Translations under genes and position numbers: made by a program
Shown here: positions 1-10,482 of the stretch, piece by piece
Numbering within the stretch: the stretch's first letter is position 1
How the letters are laid out: each line of letters begins with the position of its first letter
Assembly: GCA_963793305.1 (NCBI GenBank)
Contig: CAWBZV010000003.1
Location: 416,001 to 480,000, forward strand
DNA: 64,000 nt
Direction of reading: 5' to 3'
From: an uncultured Gemmatimonadales bacterium
GTDB lineage: Bacteria; Gemmatimonadota; Gemmatimonadetes; Gemmatimonadales; Gemmatimonadaceae
The notes under the pieces: generated by a model
What the model was told of the DNA's origin: nothing
Databases searched by the model: none
Seen by the model: only the letters and a program-made list of their open reading frames with translations

Positions 1-2
1 AT

Positions 3-359
3 TCGATGCTCACGATGGGGCTGTCGCCGCGCTTTACCGGGCCCCTCGCGAATTGGCGCTACGCCGTGCTCGCGTCCGCGTATGCGACGCTCGGCCGGCG
101 GGCCGACGCATTCCAGCAACTCGCGCTGGCGGAGCAGGCGGCCGGGCGGCTCTCGGCCGATGATGCCATGCGAGGGAACATGGAGGAGCAGATTACCCAG
201 GCGTTCGGCATCATGGGCGAGGCCGATTCCACCATCGCGCACGTCAAAGTGCTGCTCAAGCTGGCGAGCGGATTTTCGATGGAGACGGCGAAGACCGATA
301 TCTCGTTTGCGCCGCTTAAAGGGAAGCCGGCATGGGAGCAGTTTCTCGCCGGGCGATAA
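3..359 (+). CDS. C-terminal end of a TPR-like helical protein (5' partial)
   Basis: Frame open from the window edge; Ala/Leu-rich TPR-like helices. Confidence 0.5.
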   Translation, partial: SMLTMGLSPRFTGPLANWRYAVLASAYATLGRRADAFQQLALAEQAAGRLSADDAMRGNMEEQITQAFGIMGEADSTIAHVKVLLKLASGFSMETAKTDISFAPLKGKPAWEQFLAGR

Positions 360-930
360 CTCCAGCCAGCGTCCGCACTCTCTCTGCACTGACTCGACCA
401 CTCCTTCCACCTTCACACGCCGCGCCGCGTACGCCGGCGATGTCGGCTCCGAGCGCGGCGGCTCTCGGTAGATCGTCGGCTGTCAGTCGGCCCGCGAGCG
501 CCACCAGGAGCCCCGCTGCGTGCGCGGTCTCGACCCAACGCGCGATCGTGTCTTCGCTCAGCAGACGAAACAACCCTGGACCGTTCTTGTCGCTCGTGTC
601 GAGTAGCACGCCCTGTGCGCCGCATCTCGCCGCCGCCCCGATGACGTCCTCCCATTGGCGATCGGCATACGCTGCCAAAACTATGGCGCATCCTGGGATC
701 TCGCGCGGCGTCGTGAGCTTCACGAAGGCGACGCCGGCGATCGAACCGTCACCCTCGGCGGCGCTCACCGGTCGTCGTCCCGCAACGGTCCCGATGATGG
801 CGGCGAGCGTCGCCAGGCTCACGGGCCCGAGCGGCCCACGCGAGGGGTCTTTGGCGTCGATGATATCGGCGCCGCCTGTGACCGCCGCGGCCGCATCCAT
901 GGCGTCAGCCACACTCACCAATAGCTGCAT
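316..930 (-). CDS. mfnB: (5-formylfuran-3-yl)methyl phosphate synthase (MfnB/Orf22, DUF556)
   Basis: N-terminal LLVSV...GGADIIDAKDPSRGPLG, LLDTSDK, LAGRL, GVRGAAC motifs; lies in the C1 cluster. Confidence 0.9.
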   Translation of the reverse strand: MQLLVSVADAMDAAAAVTGGADIIDAKDPSRGPLGPVSLATLAAIIGTVAGRRPVSAAEGDGSIAGVAFVKLTTPREIPGCAIVLAAYADRQWEDVIGAAARCGAQGVLLDTSDKNGPGLFRLLSEDTIARWVETAHAAGLLVALAGRLTADDLPRAAALGADIAGVRGAACEGGRSGRVSAERVRTLAGVIARRETAPMPASL

Positions 931-948
931 GCTAGGTTACACCAACAT

Positions 949-1704
949 ATGCCGCTGACCGATCGCGTGGTACTCGTGACCGGCGCGTCGAGCGGGATCG
1001 GCCGGGCGCTCGCGCTCGCCTGCGCGCGCGAGGGCGCCGACCTCGTGATCACCTACCGGCGCGAGCGCGCGAAGGCCGAGGCGGTTGCCGACGTGATCCG
1101 TTCGGTGGGGCGCCGGGTGTGCGTGCTGCCGCTCGATCTCGCCGACCCGGTGTCGATCGCGCGATTGGCGTCGGCCGCGCGCGAGGCGTTCGGCCGCGTG
1201 GACGCGTGGATCAACAATGCCGGCGCCGATATCCTGACCGGTCCCGGAGCCAGTTTGTCGTTGCACGATAAACTGGATCAATTACTCACCGTCGATCTCA
1301 AAGGAACGATCTTGGCGTCCTGGGTGGCGGCCGACTTGATGGCTGCGCAGGACTCCGGCGGTGTGATCATCAACATGAGCTGGGATCACGTGCTCACGGG
1401 AATGGAAGGCAAGAATCCCGAGATGTTCGCGGCCGCCAAAGGTGGGATCTTGAGCTTCAGCAGATCATTGGCGCGGTCAGTCGCGCCACGTGTGCGCGTG
1501 AATATTCTGGCGCCTGGATGGATCGACACCGCGTTTGCTGGTGGACTGGATGTCGAGCGCCGTCAGCAGGTAATTGACACAACACCCATGCGCCGCTGGG
1601 GAACGCCGGAGGATGTCGCGGGAGCGGCAGTATATCTCGCGTCGCCTGCCGCGGCATTTCTGACGGGGCAGACAATACTCATCAATGGGGGAGTAGTCAT
1701 GTGA
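949..1704 (+). CDS. SDR family oxidoreductase (catalytic Tyr replaced by Phe)
   Basis: TGASSGIG, NNAG and PGWIDT motifs; FAAAK at the YxxxK position. Confidence 0.85.
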   Translation: MPLTDRVVLVTGASSGIGRALALACAREGADLVITYRRERAKAEAVADVIRSVGRRVCVLPLDLADPVSIARLASAAREAFGRVDAWINNAGADILTGPGASLSLHDKLDQLLTVDLKGTILASWVAADLMAAQDSGGVIINMSWDHVLTGMEGKNPEMFAAAKGGILSFSRSLARSVAPRVRVNILAPGWIDTAFAGGLDVERRQQVIDTTPMRRWGTPEDVAGAAVYLASPAAAFLTGQTILINGGVVM

Positions 1705-2063
1705 CGAAGAAAGAACCGACATTCACCGACGAAGAGATCGCGAGCCAGTTGGAGCATCTCCCGGGATGGTTTTTCGAGGACGGCTGGATCCGTCGCTACT
1801 ACAAGACGGACGGCTGGAGATCGACGCTGATGCTCGTCAACACGATCGCGTTCCTGGCCGAGGCGGCGAACCATCATCCCGATTTGAGCGTGACGTGGGC
1901 GAGGGTCGGCGTGAAGCTCCAAACGCACTCCGCGGGCGGGATCACGGGGAAAGACATGGATCTCGCCAAGAAGATCGAAGAGGTCGCGCTGTGGCGTCCC
2001 GCGGCCGGCGGCGCGCTGGAGGGCACGCCGAGCAAGTGGGTGCAAAGTGGGGAGCGGCGATAG
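1701..2063 (+). CDS. pterin-4a-carbinolamine dehydratase
   Basis: AEAANHHPDL and THSAGGITGKD motifs. Confidence 0.88.
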   Translation: MTKKEPTFTDEEIASQLEHLPGWFFEDGWIRRYYKTDGWRSTLMLVNTIAFLAEAANHHPDLSVTWARVGVKLQTHSAGGITGKDMDLAKKIEEVALWRPAAGGALEGTPSKWVQSGERR

Positions 2064-3448
2064 CTACGATCACGTTCGTCACCGGGCGGCTGGCCGAGCC
2101 CGCGCTGAACGAGACGCTCCGGGCGATTCCGGGATCGGACCCGGAGTTCGCGTATCACGTCGTCGTGCTCAAGATCACGGTGGCCGCGCTCATGACGACA
2201 CCGTGGATCGCGAAATTTCTGGACATCCCGCCGGGGACCGATCTCGTGATGATCCCCGGCTTGTGTGAAGGCGATCCGTCGGTGATCGCCGACAAACTCG
2301 GCGTGCGGGTGATCAAGGGTCCCAAAGATCTACGCGAAATCCCGGGATGGCTCGGCCACGAGGCCGTTGCGCGAGAATATGGTGCGTGGGATATCGAGAT
2401 CTGCGCCGAGATCAACAATGCCCCCAGGTTGTCTCGCGAAGAAATCACGCGCCAAGCGCGCTACTATCGCGAGTCAGGCGCCGATGTCATCGACCTGGGA
2501 CTGACACCGGGCCTGCCGTATCCTGAGCTGGCCGAGACTGTGCGCGATCTCGTCTCGGCCGGCATGCGAGTGAGCGTCGACAGTTTTGATCCCGCCGAGA
2601 TCCACACGGCAGTCGATGCGGGGGCGTCGCTCGTGCTCAGTGTGAATGGCTCGAATCGCGATGTCATTGCGACTCTGGCGGGAGGACCGGCGAAAGTCGT
2701 GGCCATCCCCGATTTCGGCGCCGGTCTAGATACACTCGAACCGACGATCGCGGCGCTAGAGCAAGCGCGCATCCAGTATTTTATTGACCCGGTCATCGAA
2801 CCAATCGGCTATGGCTTCGCCGCATCGATCCAGCGCTACGCCGAAGCGCACCGACGCTATCCGGATGCGCCGCTCTTTATGGGCATAGGCAACCTGACCG
2901 AGCTGACCGCGGCCGACACCACGGGCGTCAATGCTGTCCTGATCGCGATCGCACAAGAGCTCGGCGTCCGGGCAGTGCTGACGACCGAAGTCATTCCATG
3001 GGCGCGTGGATGCGTGCGCGAGATCGACATTGCGCGGCGTCTCATGCACTATGCGATCACCAAGCGCTCGCTGCCGAAGCATGTCGACGATCGACTGATA
3101 ACGGTGAAGGATCCCACGATTCTGAGCTACACGGAAGCCGAACTTCGCACGCTGCAATCGTCTATTAAAGACGCGAACTATCGCATCTTCACCGATCGCG
3201 ATGTCATCACCGTGCTCAACGCCGAGCGCTTCGTGCGGGGCACAGATATCCAGGAGATCTTCGGACAACTCGGCGTGACCGAGGCGACGCACGCGTTCTA
3301 TCTCGGCAAAGAACTAGCGAAAGCGAAGCTCGCGATCACCTTGGGCAAGACGTATCGTCAGGAAGGTCAACTCGCCTGGGGCTACCTGACGCCGCCGGAC
3401 GACCCGATCAGCGAGCATCTCCGAGTGACGGCGAAGCGTGATCGTTGA
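2060..3448 (+). CDS. dihydropteroate synthase-like protein (Orf20 type)
   Basis: FVTGRLAE, VAALMT, GPKDL, GADVIDLG, MGIGNLTELT, HAFYLGKEL motifs; start uncertain (ATA at 2060 or GTG at 2036). Confidence 0.85.
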   Translation: MATITFVTGRLAEPALNETLRAIPGSDPEFAYHVVVLKITVAALMTTPWIAKFLDIPPGTDLVMIPGLCEGDPSVIADKLGVRVIKGPKDLREIPGWLGHEAVAREYGAWDIEICAEINNAPRLSREEITRQARYYRESGADVIDLGLTPGLPYPELAETVRDLVSAGMRVSVDSFDPAEIHTAVDAGASLVLSVNGSNRDVIATLAGGPAKVVAIPDFGAGLDTLEPTIAALEQARIQYFIDPVIEPIGYGFAASIQRYAEAHRRYPDAPLFMGIGNLTELTAADTTGVNAVLIAIAQELGVRAVLTTEVIPWARGCVREIDIARRLMHYAITKRSLPKHVDDRLITVKDPTILSYTEAELRTLQSSIKDANYRIFTDRDVITVLNAERFVRGTDIQEIFGQLGVTEATHAFYLGKELAKAKLAITLGKTYRQEGQLAWGYLTPPDDPISEHLRVTAKRDR

Positions 3449-4806
3449 AGAGCTGATCCCGCCACCGGACGTCATAGAGACGTTCGAGCGCACAGCGGGC
3501 CTCCCCTATCGGATGCTGCTCGACAGCGCCAGCGACCCGCAGCGCCTCGGCCGCTACTCGTTCGTGGTCGCCGACCCGTACAAGGTCATTCACAGCGGCC
3601 CGGACCCACTGCTCGCCGCGCGCGCGGCGCTCGCGCACTTGCACCACGCCTCGATTCCGGACTTGCCGCCATTTCAAGGCGGCGCGGTGGGCTACATTGG
3701 CTACGACTATGGCGCCCGACTCGAACGCCTGCCGTCGGCGCGCTACGACGACTTAGGGATCCCCGATGTCGTGCTCGGTCTCTACGACTGGGTCATCGCA
3801 TGGGACCATCTCGCCAGGCGCGCCTGGATCATTTGCATTGGCGATCGAGCGGGGCCCCGGAGAGACAACGCTCGCGCGATGCTGGAGGGCCGGGGAGCCC
3901 CGCGTGCAACGCCGGAGGTCGATCCCTGGCCACGTCCACCGCGAGCGCCGTCGTGGCCGCTGCCGCCAGAGGTGGCGGGCTCCCTCGACCTGCGATCCTC
4001 ATTCTCGCGCGAGGCGTATCTGGAGGCGGTCGAACGCGTACGCGAGTACATCTTCGCCGGCGATATCTTCCAGGCCAACCTCTCGCAGCGATTGGAAGCG
4101 CCGCTCGATGAGCCGGCGTGGGACCTCTACAAGCGACTGCGCGCGATCAACCCGGCGCCGTTCGCCGCCTACATCGAGACGGGCGAAGCCACGATCATGA
4201 GTGCGTCGCCCGAGCGATTCCTACGGGTCTCGACTGATCGGACCGTCGAGACGCGACCGATAAAGGGGACGCGCCCGCGCGGCATTGGCCCCGAGCACGA
4301 TGCCGCGCTCGGGCAAGCATTGATCGAGAGCGAGAAAGATCGCGCCGAGAACCTCATGATCGTGGATCTCCTGCGGAATGATCTGTCGCGCGTCTGCGTT
4401 CCGGGGACCGTGCGCGTGCCTGAGCTCTTCTTGCTCGAGAACTACCCGACCGTGCACCATTCTCGTGTCGACGGTCGTGGGCGTCTTGCCGCCGAAAGCC
4501 GATGCCATCGATCTCCTCCAGGCGAGCTTTCCGGGCGGGTCGATCACCGGTGCGCCCAAGGTGCGCGCGATGGAGATCATCGCCGAGTTGGAGCCTTCGC
4601 GCCGTGGCGTCTACTGCGGGTCGATCGGCTATCTCAGCGTGACTGGCGCTCTGGATACCAGCATCGTCATCCGGACCTACCTGGCGCTGGAGCGCCGGGT
4701 GTATTTTTCTGTCGGCGGGGGCATTGTCGCCGACTCCGATCCTACAGCGGAGTACGAGGAGACGCTGACCAAGGCCCGCGCGCTCATCGCCGCGCTACGC
4801 CCGTGA
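3438..4806 (+). CDS. pabB: aminodeoxychorismate synthase component I (frameshift ~4460)
   Basis: GDIFQANLS, SPERF, PIKGT, ENLMIVDLLRNDL, then FPGGSITGAPK and GGGIVADS in the second frame. Confidence 0.9.
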
Positions 4807-5459
4807 TTCTACTCATCGACAACTACGACTCGTTTGTCTATAACCTGGCTCGCTATGTGCGCGAGCTGGGGCGTGAGGCGGTCGTGCGTCGGCACGATGC
4901 GATCACGCTCGATGACATCGCGTCGCTTGGCCCCTCGCACATCATCCTCTCACCGGGTCCTTGTACGCCTCGCGAGGCCGGCATCTCGACTGATGTCGTC
5001 CTCCGCTTCTCTTCAACAATACCTATCCTCGGCGTCTGCCTCGGCCATCAGTGCATTGGTGAGGCATTTGGCGGTCGGATCGTCCGCGCCGCCCGGCCAA
5101 TGCATGGCAAGGTCTCATTGGTGATCCACGACGGGACCAGCGTATTCGCGGGACTCCCATTGCCCATTCGCGCGACCCGGTATCACTCGTTAGTGATCGC
5201 TCCCGAGACTGTCCCGAAGGAGCTCAAGGTCATTGCCAGAACAGACTCCGGGGAGATAATGGCCGTTGTACACCGGGAACGTCCCACGGTTGGTGTGCAG
5301 TTTCATCCAGAGTCGGCGCTCACCGAATATGGGTATCGCATGCTGGCGACGTTCTTGAACCGCAGCGCAGGACCCGACGTCCCCGATCGAGCAGATGGCG
5401 CGTTCAGTCGCCGCGAGCCCGCCGCATTCGTCCCTCCTCCGGTGGAGCTCGTGCGGTGA
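4803..5459 (+). CDS. pabA: aminodeoxychorismate/anthranilate synthase component II (glutamine amidotransferase)
   Basis: ILLIDNYDSF, SPGP, GVCLGHQ, QFHPES; GTG start overlaps the pabB TGA. Confidence 0.92.
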   Translation: MILLIDNYDSFVYNLARYVRELGREAVVRRHDAITLDDIASLGPSHIILSPGPCTPREAGISTDVVLRFSSTIPILGVCLGHQCIGEAFGGRIVRAARPMHGKVSLVIHDGTSVFAGLPLPIRATRYHSLVIAPETVPKELKVIARTDSGEIMAVVHRERPTVGVQFHPESALTEYGYRMLATFLNRSAGPDVPDRADGAFSRREPAAFVPPPVELVR

Positions 5460-6304
5460 GCGTACTCCCTGCTTGTTGGGTCGATGGAAAGCGCGTCGAC
5501 CCGACGGGCGCACACATCGATGTCACCGATCGCGGGTTCACGCTCGCCGACGGTATCTTCGAGACCATGCGTGCGTACAACGGCGCCATCTTTCGCTTCG
5601 ACGAGCACATGGCCCGCCTTTCTCGGGGCGCCGAGCGGCTGGGCCTTCCGCGCCCGGCCAATTTGTTCCCCACGCTCCAGCAGGCGCTCCACGAGTTGCG
5701 CGCCGCGCGAGTCGACGCCGTCGTGCGACTCACGGTGAGTCGCGGGTCCGGGCGCCACGGGCTCATGCCGACGCGCGGCGAGACACCGACGGTCGTCCTG
5801 TTCGCCCAAGAGCTGGCGCCGTTCAAGATGGCGATCAGCGTGCGTACCGCGAGTGGGCGGCGCAATGAGCACGCGATGAGCGTCGGCATCAAAGCGCTGT
5901 CATACACGGACAGCGTGCTGGCCCTACTCGAGGTCGCGGCGAAAGGCGCCGAAGACGCGATTTTTCTCGACACGGGTGGTCATGTGTCGGAGGCGACCGC
6001 CAGCAACGTGTTTCTCGTGAAAGGTGGGACCGTTCGCACCCCGCCAGAATCCTGCGGTGCCTTCCCCGGTATCACGCGGTCAGTCGTGATCGAGCTCCTC
6101 GAAGATATGCGGATTCCGCTGAGCGATGACCCCGTGACGCCCGCTGAGTTGGCGCAAGCGGACGAGGTGTTCTTGACCAGCTCCGTGCGCGAGATCGCGC
6201 CGGTTGATACCGTCGACGGACGATCGCTCAAAGTCCCTGGGCCTATTACGACGGCGCTCATGGGTGGGTACGCGGCACTGGTGCAGGTCGAGCGCGAGTC
6301 GTGA
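5456..6304 (+). CDS. pabC: aminotransferase class IV, probable 4-amino-4-deoxychorismate lyase
   Basis: DRGFTLADGIFET, EATASNVF, PGITR; follows pabBA. Confidence 0.8.
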   Translation: MSVLPACWVDGKRVDPTGAHIDVTDRGFTLADGIFETMRAYNGAIFRFDEHMARLSRGAERLGLPRPANLFPTLQQALHELRAARVDAVVRLTVSRGSGRHGLMPTRGETPTVVLFAQELAPFKMAISVRTASGRRNEHAMSVGIKALSYTDSVLALLEVAAKGAEDAIFLDTGGHVSEATASNVFLVKGGTVRTPPESCGAFPGITRSVVIELLEDMRIPLSDDPVTPAELAQADEVFLTSSVREIAPVDTVDGRSLKVPGPITTALMGGYAALVQVERES

Positions 6305-6852
6305 TCATCGAGACGATCGTCACAACGCTCGATGCCAAAGGCGCAGTGAACGTCGCGCCCATGGGCGTCGAGTGGAGTGACGAGGTGTTGGTGGTCAAGC
6401 CATTTCTCGACACGACGACGTTTCGCAACCTGCGCGATACCCACGTCGCGGTCGTCAATCTCACCGACGACGTGCGCATTTTTGTTCAGGCGGCACTGTT
6501 CAGCGCCAGCGCGCCAACGATACCGGCGACAGTGGTGAAAGGTGTCGTTCTCTCGGCCGCGACCTCCTGGCGCGAAGTCGAGGTCACATTGATCGACGCC
6601 ACGCCGCCGCGTTCCCGCATCGAGACGCGCGTGGTGTTTCGCTCGGCGCAAGGAGAATTTCTCGGTTTCAATCGCGCGCGCCACGCGGTGCTCGAAGCAA
6701 CGATATTGGCGACCCGGCTGCATCTGATCCCGCACGACGAGGTTCGCCGACAGGTCGACGCACTCGCCGTGCTCGTCGACAAGACAGCCGGCCCACGCGA
6801 GCGAGAAGGGTGGGCGCTCGTCACGGAATACCTGACAGACCGGATCAAGTGA
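6301..6852 (+). CDS. DUF447 family protein (methanopterin-cluster associated)
   Basis: IIETIVTT, NVAPMG, KPF, FNRARHAVLEATILATRL motifs. Confidence 0.85.
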   Translation: MIIETIVTTLDAKGAVNVAPMGVEWSDEVLVVKPFLDTTTFRNLRDTHVAVVNLTDDVRIFVQAALFSASAPTIPATVVKGVVLSAATSWREVEVTLIDATPPRSRIETRVVFRSAQGEFLGFNRARHAVLEATILATRLHLIPHDEVRRQVDALAVLVDKTAGPREREGWALVTEYLTDRIK

Positions 6853-7811
6853 CAGTTTTTGTCGAGGCCCCGGCGCGATTGCATTTCGGCATGCTCGACC
6901 TCGCGGGCACGCTGGGCCGGAGGTTTGGCGGCATTGGCGCGGCCGTTCCGACGCCGTCGCTCCTGCTCTCGGCCGAGATGCGAACGCAGATAACGGCCGA
7001 AGGCCCGGAGGCCGAGCGCGCGATTCGATTCGCGACGAGGTTCGTGGATCACTACGGGATAGAGGGCCGGGGAGCGCATTTCGTAATCGAGCGAGCCATC
7101 CCACGCCACAATGGCCTGGGTTCCGGAACGCAGCTCGCACTCGCCGTCGCGCGATCGATGGCCGAGTTATATGAGCTGGACGCCGATATCGCGACGCTGG
7201 CGACGGCGGTTGGCAGAGCGCGGCGGTCGGCCATAGGCACATGGACGTTTGCGCACGGTGGGTTTGTGCTCGAAGGTGGCCGGCGGTCGGGGGCGGGCGA
7301 TGCCCCGGACCAGCCCGCACCGCTCTTGGCACGCCTGGCGATCCCCCCGCACTGGAGATGCGTCATAGCGGTACCGCGGGCTGCGTTGGGCGTCAGTGGC
7401 GATGCCGAGGTCGCGGCGTTTGCGTCGCTGCCCGAGCCGCCGCTCAGGGATGTCGAGCACGTGGCGCACCTCGTGCTCATGTCGCTTTTGCCGGCGCTCG
7501 TCGAGGGCGACCTGGCGACATTTGGCGCGGCGCTGACGGAGGTGCAGTATGTGACGGGTCGCTGGTTCGCGCCCGCGCAGGGTGGCGCGTTCGCGCCGGG
7601 GGTCGGCGCCTCGCTGATCGCGCAGATGCGGGAGTGGGGTGCGGCCGGCGTCGGCCAAAGCTCGTGGGGACCGGCCGTATATGGTATCGTAGGCGATGCG
7701 GCCGCCGGCGCGGCGCTCGCGGCCCGGGTCCGGGCGGCGTTGCCCGAGGCCAATGGGGCAGTCTACGAAGGACCTTTCAGCCACACGGGGGCGCGGATAT
7801 GGGTAGAGTAG
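6849..7811 (+). CDS. mptG: beta-ribofuranosylaminobenzene 5'-phosphate synthase
   Basis: PARLHFG, FGGIG, HNGLGSGTQLALA, GQSSWGP motifs. Confidence 0.92.
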   Translation: MTVFVEAPARLHFGMLDLAGTLGRRFGGIGAAVPTPSLLLSAEMRTQITAEGPEAERAIRFATRFVDHYGIEGRGAHFVIERAIPRHNGLGSGTQLALAVARSMAELYELDADIATLATAVGRARRSAIGTWTFAHGGFVLEGGRRSGAGDAPDQPAPLLARLAIPPHWRCVIAVPRAALGVSGDAEVAAFASLPEPPLRDVEHVAHLVLMSLLPALVEGDLATFGAALTEVQYVTGRWFAPAQGGAFAPGVGASLIAQMREWGAAGVGQSSWGPAVYGIVGDAAAGAALAARVRAALPEANGAVYEGPFSHTGARIWVE

Positions 7812-9016
7812 TCGAGCGCATCCAGGCGTTCAACGCAGACCGCGAACCCGAGCGGCTCGCGCTCAAGTACCAGCGCATGCGCTTGAACGCGTTCGCGTTC
7901 TTTCGCGGCACGGCCCACCTGTTCTACGAGGACTGGACCAAGGGCGGCCCGCTCGATGCTGCGCCGCTGGCCTGGCTCTCGGGTGACCTCCACCTCGAGA
8001 ATTTCGGCAGCTACAAGGGCGACAACCGGCTCGGGTACTTCGATCTCAACGATTTCGACGAAGCGTACCTGGCGCCGGCGACGTGGGACCTGGGCCGGTT
8101 CACGACGAGTCTCTATCTCGCTGCCGACGCGCTGAAAATCGGCGATAGCGATACCCGCATTTTGGGCGCGACATTTCTCGACACGTACGGCACCGCGCTG
8201 CACGACGGCAAGGCTCGCTGGGTGGAGCGCTCGACAGCCGAAGGGATCGTGCGCGAGCTGCTGCGCCGCGTGAAGCGGCGGACGCGCAGGCAGTTACTCG
8301 ACAGCATGACGACGGGCCGTCACAAGGGCCGCAAGTTCACGCTCGATGCCCAACATCGTCTCATCGTCTCGCGCGCCGACCGCGCCGCCGTTGTCGCGAC
8401 GATGAAGACATTCGCGGCGAGCGAGCACTGCCCCGAAGAATTTTCCGGCGGATTTCTCCGCGTCCTCGACGTCGTGCGCCGGGTTGCCGGGACCGGCAGC
8501 CTCGGCGTTCGCCGTTTCGCGATTCTGGTCGAAGGTCGCGGCGGTCCGGACGGCAACTTCGTGCTCGACCTCAAGGAAGCGCGTCGCGCCGCGCTCGCTC
8601 CGTATGTGACGACTCCGCAGCCCGGTTGGCCGAGTGAGGCGGCGCGGGTCGCCGGCATCCAGCGGCGCGCCGAAGCGATCGCGCCGGCGCTGCTGCACGC
8701 GGTGAACATGGGGAAGTCGTCGTACGTGCTCAAAGAATTGCAGCCGTTGATCGACCGGCTCACGATCGACGAGACGACCTCGGGCACTGACCTCGGCCTC
8801 ATCATGGTCGCCATGGGCCACGTCGTCGCGTGGAGCCACTTGCGCGGGAGCGGCCGCCAGGGCTCGGCGATTGCCGACGATCTCGTCACGTTTGGCGCCG
8901 AGCGATGGTGGGTACGCGAGACGCTGGCGTATGCGCGGCGGTATCGCGAGGTCATGAAAGCCGATTACGAGATCTTCGCCAAGGCGTACGATGACGGAGC
9001 GTTTACCGCGACGTGA
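7799..9016 (+). CDS. DUF2252 family protein
   Basis: FAFFRGTAHLF, GDLHLENFG, FDLNDFDE, GTGSLG motifs. Confidence 0.85.
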   Translation: MGRVVERIQAFNADREPERLALKYQRMRLNAFAFFRGTAHLFYEDWTKGGPLDAAPLAWLSGDLHLENFGSYKGDNRLGYFDLNDFDEAYLAPATWDLGRFTTSLYLAADALKIGDSDTRILGATFLDTYGTALHDGKARWVERSTAEGIVRELLRRVKRRTRRQLLDSMTTGRHKGRKFTLDAQHRLIVSRADRAAVVATMKTFAASEHCPEEFSGGFLRVLDVVRRVAGTGSLGVRRFAILVEGRGGPDGNFVLDLKEARRAALAPYVTTPQPGWPSEAARVAGIQRRAEAIAPALLHAVNMGKSSYVLKELQPLIDRLTIDETTSGTDLGLIMVAMGHVVAWSHLRGSGRQGSAIADDLVTFGAERWWVRETLAYARRYREVMKADYEIFAKAYDDGAFTAT

Positions 9017-9509
9017 TCACGACCTGGGCGGGGTGCTGCACGAGGCCATTGGCATCTCGTACGGCCACGTCGATCGAGTCAGCATCCCACGCCGCGAGCA
9101 CGACGTGATCCGTCCCTTTCGCGAACGTGGATAGGTCGGTACTCGACAGCACCGGCTCTTTGAGCGGGTGGTTGGCCGAGTCGGCCCGATATGGATGCGT
9201 GTGCCACGTGCCGACGAGATGCGCGACGTGCTTGCAGTCGCCGGTGACGGCGAACTGCCATTGGTGCATGTGCTGCGCGGGTGTCCAGTCGGTGACGTAG
9301 ACGGTATCGCCGACCCTGTGGCCGATGAGACAACCCAAGTATTCGTGCTGTGTCGGCTTACCGGTGCCGAGCATTTGCGTCAGCGTGTTCTGGTCGGTGA
9401 GCTCGTTCCAGTGCAGGTTGTTGCGTAGCCAGATGGCGTTGATCGAATCGCGCACCGGTTGCGCGATGACGACGATCGCTGGCGGGTCGGGTGGATGTGC
9501 GAGTGGCAT
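9003..9509 (-). CDS. JAB/MPN-like metalloprotein
   Basis: EYLGCLIG and VGTWHTHP...LSSTD, a JAMM-like motif. Confidence 0.55.
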   Translation of the reverse strand: MPLAHPPDPPAIVVIAQPVRDSINAIWLRNNLHWNELTDQNTLTQMLGTGKPTQHEYLGCLIGHRVGDTVYVTDWTPAQHMHQWQFAVTGDCKHVAHLVGTWHTHPYRADSANHPLKEPVLSSTDLSTFAKGTDHVVLAAWDADSIDVAVRDANGLVQHPAQVVITSR

Positions 9510-9525
9510 GTCGTATCTTTCAGGT

Positions 9526-10434
9526 ATGAACGCTAAGCCCCGGCCAACTACTCTCATCGACGCGCCACGCTTGTCCGATCGCCTGTGCGCGAACGTCACG
9601 CTCGCGGCCGAGACGTTTCAATTTACCGGCAGCTTCAAGTTCAGGGCGGCGAATAACGTCGTCACGAACGTGCCGAACCCGTCGATCATCACGGCGTCGT
9701 CGGGGAACTTCGGCCAGGCCATGGCGTATGCGTGCAAGCTCGCGGGCAAGCGATGCACCGTCGTCATGCCCACGAACTCGGTCAAGGTTAAGGTTGAGGC
9801 TGTACGCGCATTCGGCGCGACGGTGGATCTCGTCGATACCACGAAGGTACCCCGCGCTCAGCGGGTACGAGAGTTAGCCGAGGCGGATCCGGACGCGTAT
9901 GTGGCCAGTGCGTACGATGACCCACTCGTGATTGCGGGCAACTCGTCGCTCGGTCGCGAGCTCGCTGCGCTCGCCACGCGGTTCGATGTCATCGTCGCGC
10001 CTGTCGGCGGCGGCGGACTGCTGTCCGGCGTCATTCAGGGATTGCGATCCTCGGGGGATACGACGCCTGTCATTGGGGCCGAGCCGCTCTTGGCGAACGA
10101 TGCCGCGCAGTCCCTGCGCGAGGGACGGATCGTCGCCAGCGATCACGAGATCCAGACGATCGCCGATGGCGCGAGAACGATGAGTCTCGGAAAGCACAAC
10201 TGGGCGATTATCAAAGATGGCGTCGAGACCATCGTCGAAGTGTCGGAGGAGCAGATTCGCGAGGCGGTGCGATTGCTCTTTTCACTCGCGAACTTGAAGG
10301 TCGAGCCCACGGGTGCGCTCACGACCGGCGCGTTGCTTGCATCACCCGATCGCTTCCGTGACCTTCGGGTCTGCTGTGTCGTCAGTGGGGGCAACGTTGA
10401 TCCCGCACTGTATCGGGACCTGCTGTCGGTATAA
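9526..10434 (+). CDS. threonine/serine dehydratase (PLP fold type II)
   Basis: TGSFKFRA, SSGNFGQA, PVGGGGL, VEPTGA, SGGN motifs. Confidence 0.9.
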   Translation: MNAKPRPTTLIDAPRLSDRLCANVTLAAETFQFTGSFKFRAANNVVTNVPNPSIITASSGNFGQAMAYACKLAGKRCTVVMPTNSVKVKVEAVRAFGATVDLVDTTKVPRAQRVRELAEADPDAYVASAYDDPLVIAGNSSLGRELAALATRFDVIVAPVGGGGLLSGVIQGLRSSGDTTPVIGAEPLLANDAAQSLREGRIVASDHEIQTIADGARTMSLGKHNWAIIKDGVETIVEVSEEQIREAVRLLFSLANLKVEPTGALTTGALLASPDRFRDLRVCCVVSGGNVDPALYRDLLSV

Positions 10435-10482
10435 AGTTTGCGCTAGTATTAGGGGCTTCACTTTTCCTGAGAGGGAACGTCT

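Noticed and set aside
3438..5459. Apparent PabB-PabA fusion (673 aa)
   Set aside because: The middle is off-frame sequence; the true PabB C-terminus is in another frame and ends at a GTGA junction.
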